Assembly: GCA_018711685.1 (NCBI GenBank)
Contig: DVHZ01000153.1
Location: 5,192-69,191 of the forward strand
DNA: 64,000 nt
Origin: Candidatus Excrementavichristensenella intestinipullorum
Lineage (GTDB): Bacteria > Bacillota > Clostridia > Christensenellales > Aristaeellaceae
Reading direction: 5' to 3'
Translations under genes and position numbers: made by a program
The notes under the pieces: model-generated
What the model was told of the DNA's origin: nothing
Seen by the model: the letters and a program-made list of their open reading frames with translations, nothing else
Databases searched by the model: none
Shown: in pieces, positions 46,613-56,500 of the stretch
Layout of the letters: each line of letters opens with the position of its first letter
Numbering within the stretch: position 1 is the first letter of the stretch

Positions 46613-47590
46613 TTACAGGAAGTAGGACCAGACTTCCTCGCCAATCTGGTCAAAGTAGTCCTCATACATGGGCTCTACTGCGGCGCGGATAGCCGCCTTG
46701 GTCTCCTCATCCAGGGTGTTGATCTCCATGCCCGCTTCGGCCAGGGCGGCCTCGGTCTCCTCCAGCCCCTCCAGCTCGTATTGGGTGCCCAACAGGCCGG
46801 CCTCGTAGCCTACCTCCCGCACCAACGCTTGCTCTTCCTCGGTGAGGGAATAGAACCAATCGGCGCTGACGTAGATGGGATTGGGCACGATCATGTGCTC
46901 GGTGAGGGACAGGTACTTGGTTACCTCGTATTCCTTCTTTACCAGGATTTCGGAAGAGCTGTTCTCCGCGGCGTCCACCACGCCGGTCTGAAGCGCCATA
47001 TACCGCTCGGTGCCCGAGATGAACACCGGGGTGGCCTTCAGCAGCTCAAAGGCGGTCATCACCGGCTTGGTATCCATGGTGCGGATCACCATGCCGTTGA
47101 AGTCCTCAATGCTCTTGATGGGATGGGTGGAAGAGTATACGTTGCGGGGGGTACGGATCATCCAGCCCACGATGACGATGCCGGTCTTTTCTTCCAGGGC
47201 GTCGCTGAGCAGTTGGCCCAGCCCCGCGTCCAGCTTGGCCTAGCAGTCCTCAATGCTGGAGCACACGTAGGGGATATCGAAAATCATGAATTTGCTGTCG
47301 ATATTGCCCAGCAAGGAGGCGGAGGATTCCGCCACCTGGATGGAGTCCAGCTGCAGGCTGGTGATGTAGTCCCCCTGGGCCCCCAACTGGCAATCGTGGT
47401 AACAGGTGCCTACCAGCGTCCCTCCGGAGCGGTTTTTCAGTTCCTCGGCAAACCAGTCGTAAGCGCGGGGCAGCGTGTCGCCGGTAGCCAGAGAGGTGGC
47501 GATGATGTACTCCTTGACTTCCGCACCGGCGGAAACCGACAGGGCCAAGACCAGCAGCGCGGCCAGGGCGATGGAAATCCATTTTTTCAT
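46613..47590 (-). pseudogene. dctP: TRAP transporter substrate-binding protein interrupted by one in-frame TAG
   Basis: ORFs 47240-47590 (signal peptide MKKWISIALAALLVLALSVSAGA...) and 46613-47170 are in the same frame. The only interruption is TAG at 47240-47242, and translation continues ...IEDC*AKLDAGLGQLLSDALEEKTGIVIVGW... Confidence 0.75.
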
Positions 47591-47976
47591 TTGAGTGACC
47601 CTCCTTCCCGATGATGGCGCTGTCCGCCTGCGCTTGGGCTTCGCTATCCGGATTCACGCCGCCCGGCCGCCACGGTGACGCCTCATAGACACAGCCTTAT
47701 TATTCCGTCTCTGACCGCAAAAGTCAATCGAAGTCCGGGCTTGTATTTTTGCGCTTTTTTTATATTCAGTGCAATATCTTATCGATATCTTGATATTTTG
47801 ACCGTTTTGCCCAAATTATGTCGGGAAAAGAGAAAAAAAATCGCACCCTCCCTTACCCCCCTCTCCTCCCGGTCCTCCTATTGTCATCCAGGGGGCTATT
47901 TGCTACAATAGGCTTGACAACAGGGTTCCCCACTGGGACAATCCGGCCCCCTCGGTGGAGAAAGGCGCATCAGCCC

Positions 47977-49455
47977 ATGTACACGATTGGCATTGTGGAG
48001 GATGAGGTGATCGAGCAGGAAGCGCTGCAAGTGATCATAAAGACATACCATCCTGAATTATCCGTGGCCTTCGTGGCGGGGGACAGTGCGCAGGCGCTGG
48101 CCTGCCTGCGGCTATGCCAGCCCCACATCCTGCTCCTGGACGTAAATTTGCCCGGGAATAATGGGCTGACCTTGGGCAAGGCATTGCGTGAAAGCGGCTA
48201 TGCCGGGCTCATCATCGTCAATACCGCCTACGCCCAATTCGAATACGCCCAAAGCGCCGTGCAGATCAACGCCTTCGATTATCTGCTCAAGCCTTGCGAC
48301 CCCCAACGCATCTCCCAGGTTCTGTCCCGCTGTGTGGAAAAATTGCGCCAGGCGGACGCCGTACGGGACCGGCAAATGAATTTAAACCAGCTGTCCGATT
48401 CCTATATTTTCGAACATCTGCTCAAGGGGGATCTGGGCCTATCCGCCCAGCTGGAACACTTGGGATGGCCCCAGGACGGCTGCCTGCAAAGCCTGGTCAT
48501 GGACCTGCGCTTGCCCGGCGGCGCTCGTCCTCAGGGGCGCTGCCTGGCGGGCAGCACGGCCTCCGAGGTCCTGTTTTTGTATGAATACGCGCTGCCTGGC
48601 CATTTGTTGGTCATCGCTCAGCCCAGATTTCCCCTGTCGCCCTGCCGGCTTCGGGCCGCCGCCAACCTGTGTGCGTTGGACCTGTCAGGGAGGCTGTCCT
48701 TTGGCGGGCCTTGCCTGATCTCTCCCCTTTGCCCCGATGCGACCAAACTGTCACAAGCCCTAAAGGCCCTTCCCGACCGGGCGGCGCCGGTTCAAAGCAG
48801 CCAAACCCCTGCCCTCTTTTTATCCCCCTCCCCCGGCCAGCCCCTGTTCCGGCGCTTCTCCGCCTTGGAAAGCAAGTCGCTGCGCCTGCTGCGGGATAGA
48901 AAGCTGACCCGGCTTCACGGTCTGCTGTGGGCCGCCCTGGACGAAGCGCCGGACAATCAAGGAGATGTCTATGCTCTTTTGCTGTGCAGCCTGATGAACG
49001 CCTTATACCTGCACAATCTCTCCCCTCTCTTGCCCCCTATGGGGCAAATGCTTTGCGTTGATCAGGGCTATCAGCAAGCGCTTGAATCCTTTTTAGCCCT
49101 GCTGGAGGAAGAATTACAGGTGCATGGCGGCGAGTCCACCCTGGAGTTGGCCCTGTCCATTACGCAATCGGAGTTCATGACCCCTTTATCCCAGAGCGAC
49201 GTGGCCAAGCGCCTGGGCATGAACCCCTCCTACTTCAGCCTGCAATTTAAAAAGCGGATGGGCGTGAACTTTGTGGATCGTCTAACGCAAATCCGCATGG
49301 AGCACGCCAAAGCCCTCATCGCCCGGGACGCCTCCGTTACCTTGGAGCAGTTGGCGGAGCAATGCGGTTGTACCAGCAAGCAATACTTTTGCAATGTCTT
49401 TCGCAAATACACCGGCATGACCGTCAGCCAATACCGCGCCCGGCTTCCCCACTAG
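47977..49455 (+). CDS. two-component response regulator with AraC-type HTH (YesN-like)
   Basis: Has a receiver domain (IGIVEDEVIEQ...ILLLDVNLPGNNG) and a C-terminal AraC HTH (...LAEQCGCTSKQYFCNVFRKYTGMTVSQYR). Confidence 0.85.
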   Translation: MYTIGIVEDEVIEQEALQVIIKTYHPELSVAFVAGDSAQALACLRLCQPHILLLDVNLPGNNGLTLGKALRESGYAGLIIVNTAYAQFEYAQSAVQINAFDYLLKPCDPQRISQVLSRCVEKLRQADAVRDRQMNLNQLSDSYIFEHLLKGDLGLSAQLEHLGWPQDGCLQSLVMDLRLPGGARPQGRCLAGSTASEVLFLYEYALPGHLLVIAQPRFPLSPCRLRAAANLCALDLSGRLSFGGPCLISPLCPDATKLSQALKALPDRAAPVQSSQTPALFLSPSPGQPLFRRFSALESKSLRLLRDRKLTRLHGLLWAALDEAPDNQGDVYALLLCSLMNALYLHNLSPLLPPMGQMLCVDQGYQQALESFLALLEEELQVHGGESTLELALSITQSEFMTPLSQSDVAKRLGMNPSYFSLQFKKRMGVNFVDRLTQIRMEHAKALIARDASVTLEQLAEQCGCTSKQYFCNVFRKYTGMTVSQYRARLPH

Positions 49456-49476
49456 GAAAAAGCGAGGTAATCAACC

Positions 49477-50949
49477 ATGCGCCAATGGTATGGCCGCTCC
49501 ATCCGAAATCAGCTGCAATGCGTCGTCCTGTCCCTTCTGGCCTGCACCGTGGCCGCGGTTCTCACCTTTTCCTTTTTAACCCTGCATACCTTGTCCGTCA
49601 CCAACGACCTGGTCGCGGACCAGGAAATGATGATCCAGTACGACGCCCTGTTCGGCGATTCCCGCCAGTGCGTCACCCGCTTCGTCTATACCGGCAACCA
49701 GGACGAACAGCACCTGTTCGCCGGCTGCGCCCAGCAGTTGCAGGGAATCGCTCAAACGCTATACGCCGCCTATCCATCCGCCTACGTCTATAGCCTGTAT
49801 CAGGTCACCAATTTATACGTGGATCTGGGCAGCGCCCTTCTGGAAGAAAAAAGCAGCGGCGCCAATCTGGACGCCCTGCTGCAATACAACCGTCTTCAAA
49901 CCATATGCGGCACCATCGAGTATTTTTTGCCCTACGCCCAAAGTGCCGTGGCAGACGGCGTATCCCAGCACGTGCGCGCCCTGGAAGAAGAACAGCGCCG
50001 CGTCATTCTAGCCTCCATCTTCGCCTTTGCCGCCGCCATCGGCCTAACGTTTTTCATCATCTCCCGGATTATATCCAAAATCATCCTTTCCCTCCAATTT
50101 CTCACCCAGTTCGCCCTGCGGGTGGAAAAAGAACAATGGCACATTGAGGTGCCCCAGCGCTTTGTCCAAGGCAAAGACGAATTGGCGCTCCTCACCCGTG
50201 CCATGCGGCAGATGGCGCAAACCATTCACGCCCAAATGCAGCAAATCCAATTGAAGGCCGAGCTGGAGCAGCGGTTTCGCCAGAAAGAACGAGAAGTCCT
50301 GGAGTCCCAACTTCAACTGTCCCATATGCGCCTTAAAATGCTGCAAGAGCAGGTCAAACCCCACTTTTTATTCAACTGCCTGAACATGATCTCTAAGCTG
50401 GCCTTTATCGAAGGCGCGCCTCGCTGCCAGAAAGCCGCTGACCTGATTGCCCGATATATGCGGGAAGTGCTGGAACGGGGCGAAGACACTTCCACCCTGG
50501 AACAGGAATTTTCTTGCTTGCGGGACTATTGCCGGATACAGGAAATGCGTTTTGGGGAACACTTTTCCTTTTTCGTCTATTGCCAAGAAATCTGCCGTCC
50601 CCTGCGTCTTCCCTCTATGTGCCTTCAACCCCTGGTAGAAAATGCCTTTATCCACGGTCTCAACAAGTGCGCCCGCAAGGGTTGGATTCATTGCAGCGCC
50701 GTTCAAGAACAGGACTGCGTCCTGATCCGCGTGGAGGATAATGGGGCCGGCCTAACGCCCGAGCGCATCCAGTGGATCTATCAGCAGATCGAGAGCAGCC
50801 AACCCACCGGATCGGACTGCCAGCACATCGGGCTCATCGGTACCGCGAAGCGCCTCAAATACTTTTTTGGCCCCGCCCTCTCCCTCCACCTAGAGAGTAC
50901 CCCTCAGGTTGGCACCGCGGTAACCCTGCGCATCCCGCAATCCGATTAA
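49477..50949 (+). CDS. sensor histidine kinase (YesM-like, HAMP + His_kinase + HATPase_c)
   Basis: Has two TM segments, a phospho-His block (KPHFLFNCLNMIS), VENAFIHGL and VEDNGAGL. Confidence 0.85.
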   Translation: MRQWYGRSIRNQLQCVVLSLLACTVAAVLTFSFLTLHTLSVTNDLVADQEMMIQYDALFGDSRQCVTRFVYTGNQDEQHLFAGCAQQLQGIAQTLYAAYPSAYVYSLYQVTNLYVDLGSALLEEKSSGANLDALLQYNRLQTICGTIEYFLPYAQSAVADGVSQHVRALEEEQRRVILASIFAFAAAIGLTFFIISRIISKIILSLQFLTQFALRVEKEQWHIEVPQRFVQGKDELALLTRAMRQMAQTIHAQMQQIQLKAELEQRFRQKEREVLESQLQLSHMRLKMLQEQVKPHFLFNCLNMISKLAFIEGAPRCQKAADLIARYMREVLERGEDTSTLEQEFSCLRDYCRIQEMRFGEHFSFFVYCQEICRPLRLPSMCLQPLVENAFIHGLNKCARKGWIHCSAVQEQDCVLIRVEDNGAGLTPERIQWIYQQIESSQPTGSDCQHIGLIGTAKRLKYFFGPALSLHLESTPQVGTAVTLRIPQSD

Positions 50950-51034
50950 CACCTCACGCACGGTTTCATCCCCGCGCCCGCCGATGAAAAATGAGCTCAT
51001 ATGAACATGAACGAATCGCGCCGCCATAAAAAGG

Positions 51035-51075
51035 TGCCGCCCCCCCTAGCCGGCCTGACTATTGGGGGGCGGCGC
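51035..51075. terminator. hairpin between the convergent kinase gene and the ABC-transporter operon
   Basis: GCCGCCCCCC...(about 17-nt loop)...GGGGGGCGGC. Confidence 0.45.
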
Positions 51076-51085
51076 CAGATCATTT

Positions 51086-52606
51086 TCAGGCAACGTACTG
51101 GATTTCGGAAAAATCAATGATATTGCATCCGTAGCAGTTGATATTGGTCAGGTTGTTGGAATAGGCTAGTTTCAAGGTACTGTAGCAAATAGTGTACAGC
51201 GTGCAGTAATCCTGATTCAAGGCGATAGCTTTGCTGGCATATTCTATCATCTCATCGTGATCGGTAGTGGACAGAGCCACGCTGGTTACGTCGGAGAACT
51301 CCTGCTTCATCTCGTCGCTGATATGGGGATAATTACGGCGGACGTGGATGGTATTCACCGAATCTACTGCGTAATTGGACGGGGTCATATGGTCTGAGAG
51401 GTTAATATCCCAGTTTTCCGGCTGCTCTAAAGTAACGGTGGTAATGGTAGCTGGATCATACTGCACGATTTCCACATTCACTCCCAGCTGTTTGAGCTGG
51501 TTTTGCACCGCTTCGGCCAATTTGTCAAAACTATTGACATTGCTCTTGGTGATTATCGTCAGGGGAGAACCATCATAGCTGCTTTGTGCCAAATATTCTT
51601 TTGCCTTTTCCAGATCGTACTGGTAGCATTCGTTGCCCTCCCAGCTCTCGTCGTAATCGTAGCAGGACTTGGACTCACAGGTGGTAGCGGGCGTATTGTG
51701 GCCGAAGTACACCACAGAGGTAAGGGCCTCGTTATCCACCGCCAGAGCAATGGCTTTGCGCAGGTTAATATCGGAAGTAGGCTTTCCCTCATCGCAATTG
51801 AAGTACATGGCATAGACTACATTGGTCGGACGGTCCTCAGTGATATGGGTGCCGGAATCGTTGATATAATTGGCGTCGGTGACCAAGTAATCAAAGTTAA
51901 TATCCGCCTCGCCGGTCATCAGGGCCGTGGTGCGCTGAGAGGCCTCGCCGATCACCTTAAAAACCAGCTTTTTTACCTGAGGTTCCGCGCCGTGGTAATC
52001 CTCATTATAGGTGAGGGTTACCGTAGTCCCCTGGGTCCAATTCTCCAGTTTATACGGGCCAGTGCCCACCGGTGTGCTGATGAAGCCGTCGGCGCTGGCG
52101 GCATAGGATTGTTCGTCTACAATGTAAATTTTAGCGAATTGGGACATGTAAGTGGAACTTGGCGAAAGCACCGCCAGCTGGAAGGTATAGTCATCAATCA
52201 CCTTGGTGTTATCGAAGTCGACGCACAGGGTATTGATGGCCATAGGGCTTTTAGAGCACAACTCGAAGCTGAACAGCACATCCGACGCGGTAATCTCGTT
52301 GCCGTTCGTATCCTTGATGCCCTGCTTCAGGTTGAACGTATAGGTCAGCCCATCTTCGCTGAGTATATAATTGTCCATGATCTGAGGCACGATAGATCCG
52401 TCGGCATCGTTGACCTTGAACAGCGCTTCATAAATTTGATAGACGATAAAGTCCACCTGACTGCTGTTGGTGCCAAAGGGGGAAAGGTTGCCGGGATCTA
52501 CTGGGTAGGCGACCACAAGCTCATCTTTCCCGCCCTCCGCGGCGACTAAAGGCATAGCTGCGACCAGGAGCGATAGGCATAGCAACAGGCACATTAATTT
52601 CTTCAT
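51086..52606 (-). CDS. ABC transporter substrate-binding protein, family 5 (peptide/nickel/oligosaccharide type)
   Basis: ATG 52606 follows AAAGGAAGGG. The 506-aa protein has a signal peptide (MKKLMCLLLCLSLLVAAMPLVAA) and SBP_bac_5-like organisation. Confidence 0.85.
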   Translation of the reverse strand: MKKLMCLLLCLSLLVAAMPLVAAEGGKDELVVAYPVDPGNLSPFGTNSSQVDFIVYQIYEALFKVNDADGSIVPQIMDNYILSEDGLTYTFNLKQGIKDTNGNEITASDVLFSFELCSKSPMAINTLCVDFDNTKVIDDYTFQLAVLSPSSTYMSQFAKIYIVDEQSYAASADGFISTPVGTGPYKLENWTQGTTVTLTYNEDYHGAEPQVKKLVFKVIGEASQRTTALMTGEADINFDYLVTDANYINDSGTHITEDRPTNVVYAMYFNCDEGKPTSDINLRKAIALAVDNEALTSVVYFGHNTPATTCESKSCYDYDESWEGNECYQYDLEKAKEYLAQSSYDGSPLTIITKSNVNSFDKLAEAVQNQLKQLGVNVEIVQYDPATITTVTLEQPENWDINLSDHMTPSNYAVDSVNTIHVRRNYPHISDEMKQEFSDVTSVALSTTDHDEMIEYASKAIALNQDYCTLYTICYSTLKLAYSNNLTNINCYGCNIIDFSEIQYVA

Positions 52607-52623
52607 GGATAGATCCCTTCCTT

Positions 52624-53598
52624 TCATTCTTTTCCCAATATGGGAATATCATTTATTTCCCGCGCACGGCAGCAGGAAACATAATGACCCGGAGCAACCT
52701 CTTGGAGCTGTTGAGGATCTTTGCAGGCTGGGGTAGCGTAAACACATCGGGCAGCGAAACGGCATCCGGGAGCGGGATTGATAGGCGACGTCAACTCACC
52801 CTTGGCGATAATACGCCGCTTTTTGCAGTGCACATCTGGCACCGGAATAGCGGAGAGCAGAACCTTAGTATAGGGATGCAGCGGCGCTTCAAAGAGCTTC
52901 CGTGTACTTGTTTTCTCCACCAACTGTCCCAAATACATGACGGCAATCTCATCGGAAATATATTCCACCACCGACAAATCATGAGTAATAAAGATATAGG
53001 TGAGGCCCAACTTTTCCTGCAAGTCCTGCAGAAGGTTGATGATTTGCGCCTGAATGGATACGTCCAGAGCGCTGACCGGCTCATCGCACACGATGAACTT
53101 AGGTTCCAATGCTAACGCCCTGGCTATGCCTATGCGCTGCCTACGACCTCCGTCCATTTCATGAGGATAGGCATCGGCAAAGCGCTCCGCCAAGCCCACC
53201 AGGCCCATGAGTTCCTCCACCCGCCTATTGATCTTCCCTTTGTCCATGCCTCCCTTTAGTCGCAAAGGCTCTCCGATAAGCTGTCTCACGGACATCCTGG
53301 GATCTAAAGATGAGTAGGGGTCTTGAAAAATAATCTGTAAATCGTTACGCAGTTCCTTAAGCCTCTCCCGATCTATGTTGGTTACGTCCTTGCCCTTGAA
53401 CAGAATTTGCCCCGACGTACTCTCCAATAGATGCACTAGCAATCTGCCAAAGGTGGATTTGCCACAGCCCGATTCGCCTACTAGCCCCAGGGTTTTCCCC
53501 TCCTGGATAGACAGGTTCACACCCTCTACCGCGTGTAAAAGGCCACGAGGCGTACGAAAATATTTGCACAATTCCCTGGTTTCGAGAATTCCAGCCAT
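52624..53598 (-). CDS. ABC transporter ATP-binding protein (OppF/DppF-like) with an atypical signature motif
   Basis: Has Walker A (GESGCGKST) and Walker B (FIVCDEPVSALD). The signature reads MDGGRRQR instead of LSGGQ(R)QR. A C-terminal oligopeptide-type extension is present. Confidence 0.88.
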   Translation of the reverse strand: MAGILETRELCKYFRTPRGLLHAVEGVNLSIQEGKTLGLVGESGCGKSTFGRLLVHLLESTSGQILFKGKDVTNIDRERLKELRNDLQIIFQDPYSSLDPRMSVRQLIGEPLRLKGGMDKGKINRRVEELMGLVGLAERFADAYPHEMDGGRRQRIGIARALALEPKFIVCDEPVSALDVSIQAQIINLLQDLQEKLGLTYIFITHDLSVVEYISDEIAVMYLGQLVEKTSTRKLFEAPLHPYTKVLLSAIPVPDVHCKKRRIIAKGELTSPINPAPGCRFAARCVYATPACKDPQQLQEVAPGHYVSCCRAREINDIPILGKE

Positions 53599-53603
53599 GA
53601 CGC

Positions 53604-54584
53604 TTACCTCCAGTGCAAAAAGCACTTTGTATAGTGCGTATCAGTTAAATGAATCGCCGTAGGTTCTTCCTTCATGCATTGCCGCGTGGCATGGGGGCAC
53701 CTGTCGTGGAATTTGCATCCTGTGGGAAGGTTGGCCGGATCCGGCATTAAGCCGTCGATGGGTTTGAGCCGCCGGGCATTTTTATTGGCTCCCGGCAGCG
53801 ATCCGAACAACCCAATGGTATAAGGGTGGGCGGGAGAATCAAATATCTCCTGGGCACTGCCGTATTCGATCACCTCCCCGGCATAGATCACCGCCACGTT
53901 GTCGCAGGTTTCTGCCACAATCCCTAAGTCGTGCGTAATCATGATCATGGAGGTGCCAAACTCTTCCTTGAGTCCCTTCATCATTTCCAGCACTTGGGCC
54001 TGAATGGTCACGTCCAAAGCTGTGGTGGGCTCGTCTGCCAACAGGAGCTCAGGATTACAGGCCAGTGCCATAGCGATAACCACCCGCTGCTTCATACCGC
54101 CGGAAAATTGATGAGGATATTCTCCGTATCGCTCTCGGGGAATTCCTACCTTTTCCAGCATTTTCTTGGCGTGCTCCTCTACTTCTCGCCGGGAAAACGA
54201 AGCGTGCTCCCGGATGGCCTCGGATATCTGCCGCCCCACTGGCTCTATGGGATTCAGCGAGGTCATGGGGTCCTGAAAAATCATGGCCACGCTATTGCCG
54301 CGGATCTGGCGCATACGATGTTCTCCCACCCGCAGCACGTCTTCCCCATTGAGATAAATGTTTCCGCCGCAAATCTTGGCGGGTGGGTCGGGCAGTATGC
54401 GCATAATGGCCTTGGCGATAGTGGTCTTTCCAGCTCCGGTCTCGCCCACCAGTCCCAGCGTTTCTCCCTTTCGTAGGCACAGATTCACGCCGTTGACCGC
54501 GTGTATAGCGCCGGCGTCGGTCATATATTTGACTACCAAGCCCTCCACTCTTAAAAGCATATCGCCGTTGTCCTTGGCATTCAT
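53604..54584 (-). CDS. ABC transporter ATP-binding protein (OppD/DppD-like)
   Basis: ATG 54584 follows AGAGGAGAAAC. Has Walker A (GETGAGKTT), signature FSGGMKQRV and Walker B (LLLADEPTTALD). Confidence 0.88.
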   Translation of the reverse strand: MNAKDNGDMLLRVEGLVVKYMTDAGAIHAVNGVNLCLRKGETLGLVGETGAGKTTIAKAIMRILPDPPAKICGGNIYLNGEDVLRVGEHRMRQIRGNSVAMIFQDPMTSLNPIEPVGRQISEAIREHASFSRREVEEHAKKMLEKVGIPRERYGEYPHQFSGGMKQRVVIAMALACNPELLLADEPTTALDVTIQAQVLEMMKGLKEEFGTSMIMITHDLGIVAETCDNVAVIYAGEVIEYGSAQEIFDSPAHPYTIGLFGSLPGANKNARRLKPIDGLMPDPANLPTGCKFHDRCPHATRQCMKEEPTAIHLTDTHYTKCFLHWR

Positions 54585-54679
54585 GGGCGTTTCTCCTCTA
54601 CTGGTCAATTTTTAAGACCCGCCTAGGATGTTTCCTCACCGGAGGGTTCTTAGGGCTCCGGTCGGCGCCATCCTCATGC

Positions 54680-55552
54680 TCAGTTCTTTAAGCGCGGATC
54701 CAGCGCATCTCTCAAGCCGTCCCCAAATAGGTTGAAGGCTAACACCGTAATCATGATCATTATTCCTGGGTAAAGCACTAGAGTGGGATAATCCCGCATC
54801 ATGGAGCGGCCGGAGGAAAGCATAGCGCCCCACTCGGGCAAGGGCGCTTGGGCGCCTAATCCGATAAAGCTTAAAGAAGCCGCCGCGAGAATGGAAGAAC
54901 CGATGTACATGGTAATATAGACGATTAGGGGTGAAAAGGCGTTGGGCAAAACGTGCTTAAAGAGAATATTTATGTTGCTAGCGTTTATGACTCGGGCGGC
55001 ATCCACGTATTCCAGTCCCCGCACTTGGAGTATCGAAGCGCGAATCAGCCGGGCGTATCCCGCAAAAGAGGCGATACCCAACGCTGTCACCGCACTGGTC
55101 AGCCCTGGGCCTAACACCGCTGCAAAAGCGATGGCTAGCAGTATATTGGGCACCGACTGATAAATATCGAGAAACCGCATGATCACATTGTCCACCCGCC
55201 CGCCATAGAACCCGGCAATACTGCCTAAAAGGATTCCAATGCTGGCGCCGATGCACACGATGAGTACACCCATAGACAGGGAAATGCGGGTACCGTACAG
55301 CAGCCGACTGAGGATGTCCCTGCCCAAATCATCCGTGCCCAGCCAATGCTCCTTTGTACTACCCGAGAGGATGCAGCTGTAATCCTGCATGTCGTAATCG
55401 TATGGAATGATATAGGGTGCCAGGATGGCCAACGCCACCAGCAGGATGATGACCACCAAGCCACCCATGGCCAGCTTGTTCTTTTTCAACTGATGGAATA
55501 CCACCGCAAAGCGGCTCTTGCGCTTTTTGGCCGGATTTTGTTGACTGCTCAC
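54680..55552 (-). CDS. ABC transporter permease (OppC/DppC-like)
   Basis: 290-aa polytopic protein of the BPD_transp_1 type, positioned between the OppB-like gene and the ATPases. Confidence 0.85.
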   Translation of the reverse strand: MSSQQNPAKKRKSRFAVVFHQLKKNKLAMGGLVVIILLVALAILAPYIIPYDYDMQDYSCILSGSTKEHWLGTDDLGRDILSRLLYGTRISLSMGVLIVCIGASIGILLGSIAGFYGGRVDNVIMRFLDIYQSVPNILLAIAFAAVLGPGLTSAVTALGIASFAGYARLIRASILQVRGLEYVDAARVINASNINILFKHVLPNAFSPLIVYITMYIGSSILAAASLSFIGLGAQAPLPEWGAMLSSGRSMMRDYPTLVLYPGIMIMITVLAFNLFGDGLRDALDPRLKN

Positions 55553-55567
55553 ATCCGATCCCTCCGC

Positions 55568-56500
55568 TTATTTTTCGTACTGGGCGCGAATTCTTGGGTC
55601 TATCATGGCATATGCAATATCCACCAACAGCATAATTAAGCAAAAGCATATGGAGATGATGAGCACGCCTCCACGCACCGTGGGATAATCCCGAGTTGTA
55701 ATGGCGTTGAGTATATAGGAGCCCACTCCAGGAATGGAGAAGATGACTTCCGACACCAAGGAACCGCCAAACATGCCTGCGATTTGCATACCGATGACAG
55801 TAACCACTGGAATCAGCGCGTTTTTTAGTGCGACCTTGTAAATTACCGCCCGCTCCTTCATTCCTTTTGCCCGTGCTGTGGTAATGTAATCCTGGCGAAT
55901 AACCTCCAGCATACTGGACCGAGTCTGGCGGGCGATACCCGCCGCGCCGCCTACCGCAACCGATACGCAGGGCATGATGTAGTGCAGAATTGTATCCGCT
56001 CCCGTAGAGGGAAGCCATCTCAGGTTTAATGAGAATAGCATCACCAGCAGTAAGGCAAACCAAAAACTGGGCATGGATACCGAGAACAGCGCCGCGAACA
56101 TGGACAGATTGTCCTTCCAGCTATATTGATTGGTAGCCGCGATGACGCCCAAGGGAATCCCTACCAGTATGGATAGGATCACGCTGCCAAAAGCTAGCTT
56201 CATGGTATAAGGCATACGGATCATCACCTGCTCCAACACATCCTGTTGGGTCTTATAGGACGTGCCCAAATCGCCCCGAAGAAATACATTCTTCAAAAAG
56301 TTACTCAGTTGTACGATGTATGGGTCGTTGAGCCCCAACTCCTCCCGCTTGGCTTCGTACATCTCTTCGGTAGCGTTAGTGCCCAATATGATTTGGGCCG
56401 GATCTCCCGGGGTAAAATACATCAGCGTAAACACGAAAACCGATACGCATAGGATCACCGGAATAATCCAAAGAAAACGCTTCAAAATGTATTTTCCCAT
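55568..56500 (-). CDS. ABC transporter permease (OppB/DppB-like)
   Basis: 310 aa with the N-terminus MGKYILKRFLWIIPVILCVS, typical of OppB/DppB. Confidence 0.85.
   Translation of the reverse strand: MGKYILKRFLWIIPVILCVSVFVFTLMYFTPGDPAQIILGTNATEEMYEAKREELGLNDPYIVQLSNFLKNVFLRGDLGTSYKTQQDVLEQVMIRMPYTMKLAFGSVILSILVGIPLGVIAATNQYSWKDNLSMFAALFSVSMPSFWFALLLVMLFSLNLRWLPSTGADTILHYIMPCVSVAVGGAAGIARQTRSSMLEVIRQDYITTARAKGMKERAVIYKVALKNALIPVVTVIGMQIAGMFGGSLVSEVIFSIPGVGSYILNAITTRDYPTVRGGVLIISICFCLIMLLVDIAYAMIDPRIRAQYEK

Noticed and set aside
47240-47242. In-frame TAG in dctP as a pyrrolysine or programmed read-through codon
   Set aside because: No pyl genes or PYLIS-like context are present in the window, and this lineage is not known for Pyl. 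The same operon carries another dead gene, so a nonsense mutation or base error is the simpler explanation.
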